A stretch of DNA of 64,000 nucleotides, from the NCBI GenBank assembly GCA_963924565.1, contig OZ004607.1:11842001-11906000 (forward strand). Direction: 5' to 3'. Below, in pieces: positions 26,201 to 40,169 of this stretch. Source of the stretch: Ascidiella aspersa. Taxonomy: Eukaryota. The notes below the pieces were generated by a model. The model ran no database searches and was not told where the DNA came from. It saw nothing but the letters and a program-made list of their open reading frames with translations. Positions within the stretch are counted from its first letter, which is position 1. The number at the start of each line of letters is the position of its first letter. The position numbers were made by a program, and so were the translations under genes.

Positions 26201-28298
26201 TTAATTTACATCAACCTTTAACAACCGTTGGGTTATTCGGGCACCAAACACAAATATGTTAGGGCAAATTTAAGGGCTCGAGGGGTATTCTATAAACAGG
26301 AAATATTTTTTTACGTTACGTAAAATAAAAAAAACAAGCAGAAAATGTAACGGTGATAATTTGTGATATATAATAGGATACAGTTTTATTCTGTAGGTTT
26401 TTTAAAAGCTTCTAGTGGCCACATACAATAGGAAGACATGAGTTTGCTTATTGTTCGTATACCGGTTTGAGGTATATGGTCTTTAACTTAACGCTGCAAA
26501 TTTTTAGTTGATTGTTGCCGTCGGCTGGATTCTCTCAACCGCGTTGGCCGCTGCGATAATCTACGGATTGCTCTACCATGTGCAGAACGTGGAACCCGTG
26601 AGTGACCAAATGACGGCTTTCTACCACGGTGCTTCGCGGCCTGTGTGGGCTATTTGCGTGGCTTGGGTTGTGGTCGCCTGCTCTTCAGGCTACGGAGGTA
26701 TAGGCAAATGCTGCATTCCACAGTGTTGTAATATTGTTGTTGCGAGTAATAGGATTAATTAGGAAAATAAACAAAAAGTTAAAAGACAAAAATTTACAGT
26801 TAAAGAACAGAATAAAACTGATGGAAAAAATATAAAAAAATGTCTTTTCATTTGCTACCAAGTTAATGATGTCGTTTAAGCTGATTTTGTTACATTTAGG
26901 TCCTATTACAAAGTTTCTCGATTGGAAGATATTTACGCCCCTGAGCCGGCTGACATACAGCACTTATCTTTCCCACTTGATGGTGCTGTACTACTACCTC
27001 GGGTCGCAGGAGAAACCCATCCACTTTCTCATGCTCAATATGGTGTATATATATTTAGGTACGTTAGAACCAGTTAATCACATATCTCTGTAGGTTAAAC
27101 TTAGGAGACATTTATTTAACTAATAAATGTTACATCATCTTAGTTTAAAGACAATGACTTGACTCAAGTAGACACGGATTTACTTAAGCTTTTCGTTGTT
27201 GTGTTGTTTTGAACTGGGATTTCGACTACTTTATTGTTAAAACTGAGACCTAAAAGTAAAAAAATCACCTGTTTTCAGTGACAAAATGCACCTGGATCTT
27301 TCCAACTGTCACTTCGACTTTTGGAGAAAAAAAATTTTCGTTATAATAACGCACCTTTGTAAATGCAAATATTATTATTATTATTTGTTCTACATTAATT
27401 TGTAACTAGTACCTCTAAACATCAGGAAGATTTTCGCAAAAGTTTTTTTTGATGTCCATCCGCTTGATATGGGCCAACTGAATCACTTGTCTGATTACAA
27501 ATATGTTTCGTTTTCTACAGCTACTACTGTACTTTCATTTGGAATCGGATTTCTGCTCGCGCTCGCTGTGGAGTGGCCAATGATCGGTCTGCTCAAACTC
27601 GCTTTTCCACCAAAACGAGCCACAACTCGACCAATCAGCAACGAATTGAACATGGAAGCGATCAACGTGAGAGAAGATTTCACCGGGGATCATCACGATT
27701 TAAACAAAGGTGCCTATTTTGAGTTTTTTTTGTCCTTTTCTTAATTTGATTGCAGGTTAATTGTTTAAGACAGTGGTTCTCAACCGGGCTGCCGCGCACC
27801 TCAGGGTGCCATTTCTAATTCCCAAGGGTGCGAAAAGATATTTAAGAATCTGTGAGAATCTGATTTTTGCTTAACTCTTATAACTCTTTGTGTAAGATTA
27901 GAGTGGAATAAATCCAATTATAGCTTCCTACGTTGTGTAGAGTTGATGTGTGTTGTTCCAAGTTTTATTATTTGTGAGGGGTGGCGCAAGCCATAAACCC
28001 CTGGTTTAAGGTGTTTCGAATGGTGTTAAATGCTCAAATAATTTGTGGTCTTTGAATTTTGTCGACCGAAAATCGTAAACAGTTTATCAAGCGGGAAAAC
28101 GCATGGTATTCAAAATAAGACTATTAACCCCAAACATATTATAATTTAATATTTTTTACAGTTGGGGCTCACAACAATGTGGGCTTTTTACCAGAAAACG
28201 GAGTGACCGTCCAGCACACCGATTTACCAAAAAGTGGCCCACCGTCTTATCACAGTGATGATGTTGCTGAACTGACAGAAAAAGTGCACAAGTTTTAA
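20298..28298 (+). CDS. nrf-6: NRF-6/OACYL-like acyltransferase-3 paralog C, 15 exons, about 790 aa
   Basis: Exons 20298-20527, 20924-21057, 22505-22656, 22907-23103, 23297-23391, 23669-23827, 23896-24085, 24283-24451, 24570-24649, 25417-25542, 25874-26039, 26508-26697, 26900-27058, 27521-27709, 28162-28298 sum to 2373 nt in one frame. Same motifs and intron phases as B. Confidence 0.93.
27771..28003. mobile_element. hAT-type MITE in intron 14 of C
   Basis: Termini CAGTGGTTCTCAACC and AAACCCCTG; TSD GTTTAAGA/GTTTAAGG. Paralog E shows the empty site at 63234-63241. Confidence 0.9.
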
Positions 28299-28361
28299 TT
28301 GAGCAGTATTTTTTTAATAATTGTTTTTTTTTTATAATTTGTTAAATTTGTTGTTTTTTAC

Positions 28362-28367
28362 AATAAA
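28362..28367 (+). terminator. Candidate polyadenylation signal of C (40233-40238 for D)
   Basis: AATAAA about 63 nt after the stop codon. Confidence 0.45.
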
Positions 28368-29373
28368 TCAATTTCCGATGTTTAAATTTGGCGCTTGTCT
28401 ACATTTGAAATTTCTATAAAACATCGTAATTTTTTTAACAAAGCAAGAGAAAATAAAATGCCGCCACCAATCAACCGAATGGAGGTGATCTAGTAGGTAG
28501 GTCAATTTTCGTACTTTTGCTTACCTTTTAGGTTGACAGAGTGTTAAGAAAACATCCCTCGAGGTCGTTTTTCGTTTTTATAAAGTAATACGTATTCCAA
28601 ATGTTTCGTCCTTCATTACTTTTTTACTGGAGGTTCGAAAGGACAAAAAGTACAACTTTATGCATGACACCAAACGGTTACGCAAGTCAACCAATGTTTT
28701 GCGCTTCGCATAAACATCTGCTTATTAGCGACCACACCAAAACTTGCGATTCCTGTTTTCTTAACAACCATCGGTTTGCACACCAAAGATAACCTACACT
28801 CACAGTAGTGACTTAAAATTCAAAGCTGCCTGTTTAAATGCAAAAACAAGCAAGTTTGTAACCCAGAGAAAAGTACAAGAAATACCAATTTTAATTTTGA
28901 GGAATTATAGTATATTTGTTTTATAGAAGGGACAATAGATGGTGGAATAGTTATATGTAATTGCATATAATAAAAAACATTTAACAGAGTTCGCTATGTA
29001 AAAAACATTAAAAAAACTAAACAAAAATAACGAATATTTCAAAACATAAATAGCATTAAAATTAAATTAAACAAATCAGACGCATTCTTTAAGGAATTTT
29101 ACTATTAAACAATTATCTTATACACTGAAAAATATGTAATCTATTTACAGACCGCTAAAAGTGTACTTCTATCCGTACAATAATAGCATTTAGCTTACAG
29201 TATAATGTCATAATGTCACGACGAAAATACACGTGTTTTTGTTAAAACTCAAAGAAAAAGTTTCATCTTGATTAAAACATATACTTTTTTTTTAATACAA
29301 AAATATATTTTTTATACATTAAGAAATACTTTTATATATATATATAAATATCACATTGGCGGTTGGCCATTTC

Positions 29374-29489
29374 CTAAATAATATCGTCGTTTCTTGTGAA
29401 GATTAGAACAGCTGTGTTAAGGTCGTTGACAAATCTACCGTATTTAGGAAGTCTGTCGCTCAAAATGTGATCGTTTAAGCTGCTCCAAT
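29374..29489 (-). pseudogene. Orphan duplicate of the terminal coding exon of the intelectin-like gene
   Basis: Copy of 41244-41359 (WSSLNDHILSDRLPKYGRFVNDLNTAVLIFTRNDDII*) with its splice acceptor, carried inside the first unit of the tandem duplication. No upstream exons next to it. Confidence 0.85.
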
Positions 29490-30064
29490 CTAAATAGAGG
29501 CCGTATATTACCCTTAATTTAACAATGTTTGTTTGTCTTTTGCAATGTAAATATAGTTTATTGGTATTATGAACTTGTTATGTGTTCTAAGCATGCAGGA
29601 ATACGGAGATCGAGACAGACTTGGAACTATTATAGTCTTTAGTCTGTGCTACGCTCTTGTATCACCAAGTTGAGAACCGATAAGGCCGGGAACTGAAAAT
29701 CGTGAAAGTGAAGTAGCATATAGGTTGAAATATATGGTAATTTGATTTTTTTAAAAACGATTGCATTATATACACCCTATTTTGGTTACATGGATCGGTG
29801 AGATACTAGGCCGTGGAATTGTAGCCAGACCCGGAACATCGGAGTCCCATAATTTGGCAGGAGTATAGGACTCCACAATCGAATATTTTCGTGTTATCCA
29901 GAATTTCCAACACTTTCCCAGTTAAGAAGCCCTAATTACAAAAAATACAAGTTCTACCAACACGAAATAATATAGATATAAAATTAGCAAGAAAACACAA
30001 CTAGTTTGTTTAGATTGATGTGTTGTAAATGCCCACCGCCTACCGAAATGTTGTTGTGCTAAAA

Positions 30065-30386
30065 CAGGGGTTCTTAAACTTTTTTCACCGCGGACCCCCC
30101 ACATTATTTTTTGCTTCACGTGGACCCCTGTAGGCAAGAAATTATTAAAAATGACGTCTTAAATTGACGTCGCAATCAAATAGCCTGTCAGAAATGTGCT
30201 TATGATTTAAGTAAAAAGGAGTCTAACATCAGTGGTAAAACGTTTTATTTTTAATTAAACTCTTTTTTTTTTTAATTTGATAACTTTTTAAATGTACACT
30301 AATATTTTAATTTGGCCTTCATGGACCCCCTGAAATTAGTTCGCGGACCCCCAAGGGGTCCATGGACCCCAGTTTAAGAAACCCTG
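30065..30386. mobile_element. hAT-type MITE (duplicate of 18192-18513)
   Basis: Same TIR and TSD, inside duplication unit 2. Confidence 0.92.
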
Positions 30387-30487
30387 TGCTAAAATGATGG
30401 CTACCATGTGGTGCTTTAAAGCTAATGGCACATCGACTTATTTGCGATGTCCCGACTCAGGCAACGTCCTTCTAAGCCTAGGTCATA

Positions 30488-31043
30488 TAGTGGTTCTCAA
30501 AAATTGCTCGCAAAATAACACGTTGTTTTTACTCCTATCAATGGGACTGGTGCAAACTGCGACACAGTCTGCCTCTGCTTGGAGGGTAAAAAGCCGATCG
30601 TGATCGAAATCTTCACGGAAAACGTGAAACCTTTAACGAATCACTTAATTTGAGTGAAGCAATTACGAACTGTGACCTACAGCGCACAGTGACGCAGCAA
30701 CCTGTAAAAACGTAATTCTCATTAGCACAACGCAAGACTATGACGTCACAATGCACAATTCCACTCAGAGCATGCAATCATGTGAATGAACAACTAAACG
30801 CGTATAGGTCGATCCTGAGTTTGGCTATCTTTTTTTTGCCCACAATTAGGCATATGTACGAAATAGTTATTATTATTGTGTTTGCTAAGCTTGGTTTGGA
30901 AAAGTAATTTGCTCGAAAATTTTGTTGCACATTTTTTTTTTTTTTAGGAGCGTCGTGTTGATTTTTTGTTAGGTGCTTCGCGATCCCAGAAAATTGTCTC
31001 GCGGGTTCCAAAATGACCGCGGACCACAGTTTGAGAACCTCTG
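30488..31043. mobile_element. hAT-type MITE (duplicate of 18615-19171)
   Basis: Same sequence inside unit 2. Confidence 0.7.
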
Positions 31044-32169
31044 TTCTAGGAAAACCTTCCCCTAATTGTTTTATGACCTAACTTTGTGACACCATTCCTG
31101 AAATAAAATAAACCCTGGAGCCGCCCCTGGTCACAAAGCAGGTAGATCTAAGAAACCTGCTGTTTTTACTGCAAAATTGTGAAAATGAAATGGAGTCCAA
31201 ATACATTTAAGGAAACTTGTCAAAGCATTTTTTATTAAATTTTTTTCTAGTTAATTTACTTTTAAATTATACACCGAGGTAAACTAGGTCTACATCAACC
31301 ACAAAAAACTAGTCCTCGTCGTCGAACCCCAATAAGTAGGTCAAGCATATTAACCAATATCAAATGTATTTCTTGTTATGGTGTCTGTAGTATTTACTGG
31401 CAGGATACGTGACACACAGCGACGTATAGAACACAAGTAATGCCGCCCCAAGTACTGCAAGAGTGGCGGTTATATACAGGCACAGCAATACGTCATAAAG
31501 GTCGCACTCAACAATCCTATACAACACAGTATTATACAACAACTCTACAGTGTCAAAACCCTTTATCTCAGTATAAATAAAACTGCTGTAATCTGTGCCA
31601 ATAGTGAGGAGAACGGAGTCAGATTAAAACAGTAATTAGTAGGCTATTATTGAATGCCATAAAATTTGGACCTTGATCCTTTTGTGAGCGCTTGTGCATG
31701 ACATCATAGAAATACGTTTGCTCTAGCGTGGTGAAACATTGTGTTATTAAAGGTGAGAAACAAGAAAACACTGGTAAAGATGCTTAAACAGGTTTAATTG
31801 TGCAGTATGATTTATTTATGTGCATCTTTATAGTTATGTAGCTTAACAAGAAATACTGGCCTAATAGCTCATTTTTCCTCGGTTTAAATTGCGCAAAATC
31901 ATCGTATACTGTTATCACAGTCCGCAAACAACTCGAGCACCCGATTTATCTCGTGAGTCAACACACTTACGTCCTTTGCGACTGATTTAGCACTGTTTAA
32001 AGTTCAGTATATGCGTATCCATTTACTTTGTCAAGGCCTCAATATAACATAACTAAAGTTAGCTGCAAAGTGAACTCTCTGTACGTACTTCGTTTGTTAA
32101 AACTCTCTGTACTTCGTTTGTTGCTTATTTCAAAGGTTTGTACATCGTTTAAAAATAGCACAAACTCAA

Positions 32170-35100
32170 ATGCGTATTGCTTTTATTTTGATTTTGGGAC
32201 TTTTCCCGTTGTGCTTTGGCCAAAAGGGTCTGGTCAACTTTAACGCCTATAGACAAATCGGACTGAGCACTTACACCGATTTAAAGGAAGACTTGCACCC
32301 AAGAGCCAGTCGAGAAGATTTGGATGGGATCGTTGATTTTCTGAGCAAGTTCCACGGATCACAAAAATCAAGAAATGAAATTTTGCAGCACATTCAAGGG
32401 TTGGTTGTTTACGCTATAGTTCCGATTTATAAGAAACAGCAACCGTCCTTTTGTAATTATTAAACAGAATTATTAGATAGTGGGCCACTATTGGTCCCCT
32501 AAAGCAGGCACGTATAGTTTAACTAAGCAAAGGCAACGTTTTTTCACGCTCATCACGAACCTTATGTGGCTGTTTATATGTTTAGCCCATATTATGCAGA
32601 AATATTTTGGCCTTGAGCGCCGTTAGCACCATAAAACTCCCTAACAAAAATTTTTTAGCTAAACGGATGCAATTTGGCTTCCTTGGATCTTTGTTTACAA
32701 TTTTGACCCTAGTATTGACATATTGATTGTTGACGGCTATAAATATCTGCATCTTGTAACATATTATGATAAACAAATAACCAAGTTGACTACAGGTTAG
32801 GCACAAGACTGCAATCTCCCATGAAAGATTCCAAAGAGGTCGCAACCGAAGAAGAAATATGGAGTTGCTACACAAAATACCTGAAAATGATGATCGATTC
32901 TGCTAATGAAGTGCCATACGCCGTTCAAAGTAAGACCTGTGTGTTGCAAGTTGCAACTACCTAATTTAATATCTTGACATAAGTGCATCTTATAGTCACT
33001 GTTTTCAAATTGCATGATTTTTTTTAATTAAGTATTTTGGATAAAATGGTTTGACTCGACTTGGGTAGTTTAAACAAATGACTTGGACTTGGACTCAGAC
33101 TTCGCCAACTGGATTTGTTTCAGCTTTTTAAAATTAGGTTAGATTTAAAATTAGAGCATATCAGTTGTTGTTGCTGTAGTTGCTTCTGCATTAGTTCCAG
33201 ACCCTTCCTAACTATGAGTTTGACAGCGGTTCCTCGTTCAGTCGTTCCGCGATCCCATCCTTTTTGTCTGATGAGGGTTCAGGTATCCAAGGGTGGTAGG
33301 GTTAGCAGTTTGGTGGGGTTGGGGATGGAGTATCGCTGGGGGATAGCGAGGCGAAGGAAGAGGGGTTTGATTTTGGGGCAAGCTAATTCGGTGAGGGTGG
33401 GGTTATACTCGTTTATGATAGTCCAAGTTTGTTGATAATATGGCGACGGAAAAGCTGTATGGTGGAGAGTATTTTTAATACGGAAGTCATATTCAATGAT
33501 GGGCTTTGGGTGTCTGCGGGGAAAGTTATATTTAATGATGGGCTTTGTGTGTCTGCGGGGAAGTCCAGGTTACGTTGCTTAAGGTATAGGGGCCAATGAT
33601 AACGATGAGAAAAGAGATCGATGTAGAAGGGATGTTGACGACCGAGTAGCCCCCGTGGGGCGACTGGCCGCCAAGGGTTTCAAGGGGGGTGAGGGGGTTA
33701 TGGGGGCCGATAAACTATTTAAGTAATTTTAGTTTCATTTTTTTTCTTACCGGGTTTGGGAGAGAATAGACGGCAGCTAGTTGCGGAAAATAAAAAAAGA
33801 GTGGGCAAAAGTTAGGATGTGGGTAAGCCAGCGGTAGGCTATGGAATCAAACACTTCCCCGTCGCCAATTCGTCTGTTGTATTCGTAGAAGGTTTATTGC
33901 GCAAGGGCGTAGCAGTAAAGTAGTATAAAAGAACGATTTATTTAATATATAAAATTCTGTTGTTTGTCTTTACTGTTGCACGCAAAAAAGTTTGCTTGAT
34001 ACATTTTGCTGTTTTTTAATGGTTAAACATTTTAGTTTTTATGTAAATGACCTGACTTAAAGTGGACTTATTATGGCCTTGTTAAAACTTGGCTTAGCTC
34101 TCGACCATTAAAGCTTTTACTATTCGAAACTGAATAAATTGTGTTTGGTTGGATCTGTGGTAACTTATGGATAATTACTCGCAAAACGATACGGTAATAA
34201 TATAAAATGCTATCTTTGAATTGCTAAATCGAAAAAATTACATTATTTCTTTTAATTTTTAATATGTAATCAAAATTGAATTACGAGTAGACCTAACCGA
34301 AAGCAAAAGGGTTACTGAAATCCAGTAAAGATCAAAATCGTTTCTACACTCTTATCTACTTGTAACATTTTTCTAGGCACAGATTCATGGGGCAGTGTGG
34401 AGCCTGGTTGGCTGATAGGCAACGTTCGTTGGCCCGGACACTATTACGAATGCATTGATGTAAAGCCTGAAACCAACGATGATATGGACGGCAAATGGTG
34501 CAACTCTTACTGGGGATTTAAAGATATTGTAAGCGTAACTTAATCAGGGATGTATTTGCACTATCTGTGCGATGTTTCTATTTATCTGGAAACACTGACT
34601 GTTCAATGCAGATCATGATGATGATGGTTATCAAACAAATTGTTTTCCAAAATGTGGCTCGATTCTCCAAAAACAAGTTGTGCCGTGGCCCCAAATGTTT
34701 AAGAACCCAAATTTAGGAAGAAACAATGACGCTATACTCTTTTATTTCAATTTGCTACTGTCGTTTAATATTTTTTAGAATTACCCCTTGGGTTACCCAA
34801 TCGACATTAGCTTTGGCCTTTGCATGCCAAATGTCTGCACAAAGGAAGCTATAGAGGCCCTCTTGTGGATTTCCATAGCTGGGAACGACACGGGTGCAAG
34901 GTTGCCACTGCAGTCAGTCTACTGCCCGGAGCCTCGCAGCGCTTATCAGATGTCCACCGCTACTATAATCGCCATGTAAGTGTATGTGAAATATAACATG
35001 AATATTCAGGTTAGATTAACTGTTACATTGAATGTCCTGAAGCGCTTTTCTTCCGTCCTAAATCGCCAAACTAAACAGAATTTCGAATTGTTCAAATGCT

Positions 35101-38100
35101 AAATCGTTAAACGCTAAATCGATGTGAAGTAGATTAGTGAATTCAATAATAAGTTGCCCATACCGCAGAGTCGTTTCCACATTTATTGGCATTTTGTTGG
35201 TGTCTGGGACGATTTGTGACATTACATTGAGGAGGAACCAACAAACATGCGATTCTACAACTGGTAAATTGTGTTTCATGATTTCAACAAACCCACAAAA
35301 ACATAAGTTAAAGCAATATTTATTAATTTTGAAAAATACGTTTTCCGGCTTGTGGACAGCTAAAACCTAACAAAATGTGTTAAACAAAAACACGTTTTTG
35401 ACCTTTCTTCGTAACAAAAATTAATTGTACTGACACCAATCTATGGTAAATATTTAACTGTTGAAAAATACTGAATTTTTACAAATATAAATTTAGTGTT
35501 TTATAACCTAAAGCATAGATTCGTTGCTATTATTTTTTAGTGAAAGTGGCTTTATGTTTCTCGGTAATTTCAAATGGTGAAATAATTTTGGACCTCGACA
35601 AAAAACGTGGCGCAATCCCTGTGCTTGATGGAATTCGTTTTATTTCTACTACGTGGGTAATTCTTGGCCACTGTCTGATCTTCATGTTATATGGACTTGG
35701 TAATTAGACTGGTTGCTGTTTATAATTTGTTTAACTAAAAACATAATTGTGAAATCATTGTCGGCAGATAACGCAGGATATGCAGCTAGAGTAAGCCGAG
35801 AATCTTGGAGCCTTCTTCCTCTAATCAACGGGACGTTTTCGGTGGATACCTTTTACTTTCTTAGTGGCCTCCTGGTCGCTTACCTGGGTATCAAGCATTT
35901 AAACAAAACCAAAGGAAAAATTAATATACCGCTCATGTATTTACAACGGTATATGAGGTTGGTATGGCATCTATGTTAGGGCTATCAGATTACGTACGTT
36001 AAAAACGTTCGTTAAAATTAAGTAACGAAAATGGGAAAAAGACGAATGGTTTGTTAATTAGCTGTTAACAGTACTGATTGAGTCGGTTCTCAAAGATTGT
36101 AATGCACATAAAAGCACAGTTAATACCCTTAAAGATTCAATTTCTTTTCAACAGATTAACGCCTGCCTACGCCTATGCCATCTTGTTTTCCGTGGGGCTT
36201 TATAGGTATGTAGGACAAGGTCCCTTTTGGCAGGACATGGCCGAATTTCATGAGGAATCATGTCGGTATGACTGGTGGACCAATTTACTTTACATTACAA
36301 CCCTTTATCCTGCAACTCACGAGGTAGCCTACTTTAAGCTTATAGGAAATTTTTAATTATTTCCAGAACCTTTTTCTAAATAAAGAATTGCACCATGTAG
36401 GCCTAATGCAAACCATTTTTTCATACATTTCAATTTTCTAGTGCTTTGGAGTTGCGTGGTATCTCAGCAATGACATGATCTTTTACATTCTTTCTCCTTT
36501 CGTTCTACTTCTTCTGTACTAGTAAGTTAAATATTATAGGGTTGTAAATAACGCAGCCCATATATCGGCGTTGTCTATTTTAAAATGATAAGAATTCACT
36601 TAAGTTTTTCGGAAAAAAGACTTGATCTTCCCTAATTCATTTGGACAGATGGCATGACTTAGACGTCTTTTGCGAATTCTATATAGGCCTACTTGACTTA
36701 AAGTAAGGTGTTTGAATTTAATACATTTTAGTAAATTAGGATTAAATTTAACCATAAATTACTAATTGTTTCGGATTTGAATGTTTGCTTTGTGAAATGT
36801 TGCTCAGAATAGAACGCGTTTACCAATTTCATTAAATTCGTATTTAGCCTTATGCAAGTAGTTTGACATGGATTTAATTATCTTTCAAGCACCCTGTATG
36901 TTTTCATGCGAGAGAGGGCCAGTTGTTTTGCCCAACAAATCATTTCACATGTCTTGCTTTTTATTGAAATGTGTTTTTTAATTAAACTCTGTTTTAATGT
37001 TTAAATAGGTTTTCAACAAATGTACAAGCATTTTATTAGTAGTGTTTTTAAAGTGTTCAGTTTGTTTTCACTGAACTTTCTATAAGTGAAACCCATGGCA
37101 CGTGGTTGGTAAATCAATTTCAAAGTTATTTCGGTAGTTTTATTAAATAAGGTGTTCGTTATGTTTTTGCGTTAAATAAACCTAATATTATATTTACTAA
37201 CTCAATATGCAACGTCAACACACCTGTTATCTGTATTTCAATGGAACTCGATAAGTTTAGCGTAATTAGATTACATACTTTTCTGCAGTGCTTTCTACGT
37301 TGGACTTGGAATAATCTGTTTCCTTATAGTTGGTTGTCAAGTTGCGTTGGCCCTTCTTGCGTCACACAACAGCATTCAGCCCAATCCTATTGGCATAATG
37401 CAAACAATGACAGTGTAAGTCATTAGTGATTGACAAGTATGCAGGCTTGCACAGTTGCACACTATCATTTAGAGAGTTATAATTCTGGTAATTAATATTA
37501 TATGGCATTCATTATATGGCATTCACATTTGTCTTGCTGTGTAGGCTAGTTCGGGTGATTCTTACGTTAAAATTATAACCCTGCAACTTCACCTTCTGCT
37601 TAACTTGTAGCCCACCCTACAACTTTACCTTCTGCTTAACGTGGAATCACGCTTGTGTAGAATTGTTTTTTAAATCATGGAAGTATTTTTATCACCGTGG
37701 AATTTCGTTTAATACTTAGCTTTCATTTTATGTGTTTTTTTTTAGCTGGATTCGAATATTTTTACCCGAAGTCCCAGAAGAAAGACCTTTAAGCGAAATA
37801 TTCATGTACGATATGTACTTCCCGCCTTGGACGAGATATGCGATATATTTGATTGGGATGCTCACTGGTTATTTGCTTTATATGAAGAACGGAAAAGTTA
37901 AAATGAACAAGGTTAGATCCCTAAAGTCATTTGAAGGGTCAGTTTTAACCTATTAAAAGATGCGCTAAATGCTGATATAATTTCAAAGTAATGGAATATA
38001 AATTAAATTGGGTTATTTCAGCAGAAAAATCCAATCTATTAAAAATATGGTGGTGTGACAAAGTTATAATAGTTAATTTACATCAACCTTTAACAACCGT

Positions 38101-40169
38101 TGGGTTATTCGGGCACCAAACACAAATATGTTAGGGCAAATTTAAGGGCTCGAGGGGTATTCTATAAACAGGAAATATTTTTTTACGTTACGTAAAATAA
38201 AAAAACAAGCAGAAAATGTAACGGTGATAATTTGTGATATATAATAGGATACAGTTTTATTCTGTAGGTTTTTTAAAAGCTTCTAGTGGCCACATACAAT
38301 AGGAAGACATGAGTTTGCTTATTGTTCGTATACCGGTTTGAGGTATATGGTCTTTAACTTAACGCTGCAAATTTTTAGTTGATTGTTGCCGTCGGCTGGA
38401 TTCTCTCAACCGCGTTGGCCGCTGCGATAATCTACGGATTGCTCTACCATGTGCAGAACGTGGAACCCGTGAGTGACCAAATGACGGCTTTCTACCACGG
38501 TGCTTCGCGGCCTGTGTGGGCTATTTGCGTGGCTTGGGTTGTGGTCGCCTGCTCTTCAGGCTACGGAGGTATAGGCAAATGCTGCATTCCACAGTGTTGT
38601 AATATTGTTGTTGCGAGTAATAGGATTAATTAGGAAAATAAACAAAAAGTTAAAAGACAAAAATTTACAGTTAAAGAACAGAATAAAACTGATGGAAAAA
38701 ATATAAAAAAATGTCTTTTCATTTGCTACCAAGTTAATGATGTCGTTTAAGCTGATTTTGTTACATTTAGGTCCTATTACAAAGTTTCTCGATTGGAAGA
38801 TATTTACGCCCCTGAGCCGGCTGACATACAGCACTTATCTTTCCCACTTGATGATGCTGTACTACTACCTCGGGTCGCAGGAGAAACCCATCCACTTTCT
38901 CATGCTCAATATGGTGTATATATATTTAGGTACGTTAGAACCAGTTAATCACATATCTCTGTAGGTTAAACTTAGGAGACATTTATTTAACTAATAAATG
39001 TTACATCATCTTAGTTTAAAGACAATGACTTGACTCAAGTAGACACGGATTTACTTAAGCTTTTCGTTGTTGTGTTGTTTTGAACTGGGATTTCGACTAC
39101 TTTATTGTTAAAACTGAGACCTAAAAGTAAAAAAATCACCTGTTTTCAGTGACAAAATGCACCTGGATCTTTCCAACTGTCACTTCGACTTTTGGAGAAA
39201 AAAAATTTTCGTTATAATAACGCACCTTTGTAAATGCAAATATTATTATTATTATTTGTTCTACATTAATTTGTAACTAGTACCTCTAAACATCAGGAAG
39301 ATTTTCGCAAAAGTTTTTTTTGATGTCCATCCGCTTGATATGGGCCAACTGAATCACTTGTCTGATTACAAATATGTTTCGTTTTCTACAGCTACTACTG
39401 TACTTTCATTTGGAATCGGATTTCTGCTCGCGCTCGCTGTGGAGTGGCCAATGATCGGTCTGCTCAAACTTGCTTTTCCACCAAAACGAGCCACAACTCG
39501 ACCAATCAGCAACGAATTGAACATGGAAGCGATCAACGTGAGAGAAGATTTCACCGGGGATCATCACGATTTAAACAAAGGTGCCTATTTTGAGTTTTTT
39601 TTGTCCTTTTCTTAATTTGATTGCAGGTTAATTGTTTAAGACAGTGGTTCTCAACCGGGCTGCCGCGCACCTCAGGGTGCCATTTCTAATTCCCAAGGGT
39701 GCGAAAAGATATTTAAGAATCTGTGAGAATCTGATTTTTGCTTAACTCTTATAACTCTTTGTGTAAGATTAGAGTGGAATAAATCCAATTATAGCTTCCT
39801 ACGTTGTGTAGAGTTGATGTGTGTTGTTCCAAGTTTTATTATTTGTGAGGGGTGGCGCAAGCCATAAACCTCTGGTTTAAGGTGTTTCGAATGGTGTTAA
39901 ATGCTCAAATAATTTGTGGTCTTTGAATTTTGTCGACCGAAAATCGTAAACAGTTTATCAAGCGGGAAAACGCATGGTATTCAAAATAAGACTATTAACC
40001 CCAAACATATTATAATTTAATATTTTTTACAGTTGGGGCTCACAACAATGTGGGCTTTTTACCAGAAAACGGAGTGACCGTCCAGCACACCGATTTACCA
40101 AAAAGTGGCCCACCGTCTTATCACAGTGATGATGTTGCTGAACTGACAGAAAAAGTGCACAAGTTTTAA
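32170..40169 (+). CDS. nrf-6: NRF-6/OACYL-like paralog D, tandem duplicate of C (one V>M change), about 790 aa
   Basis: Exons 32170-32399, 32796-32929, 34377-34528, 34779-34975, 35169-35263, 35541-35699, 35768-35957, 36155-36323, 36442-36521, 37289-37414, 37746-37911, 38379-38568, 38771-38929, 39392-39580, 40033-40169. HLMVLYY in C is HLMMLYY in D. Confidence 0.9.
39642..39874. mobile_element. hAT-type MITE in intron 14 of D
   Basis: Duplicate of 27771-28003. Confidence 0.9.

Larger units (their letters stand above)
18008..29880 (+). repeat. Tandem segmental duplication, unit 1 (11873 bp)
   Basis: Starts GAATATTTTCGTGTTATCC, as does 29881. ORF-track entries recur at offsets 11873, 11872 and 11871. 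Confidence 0.97.
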
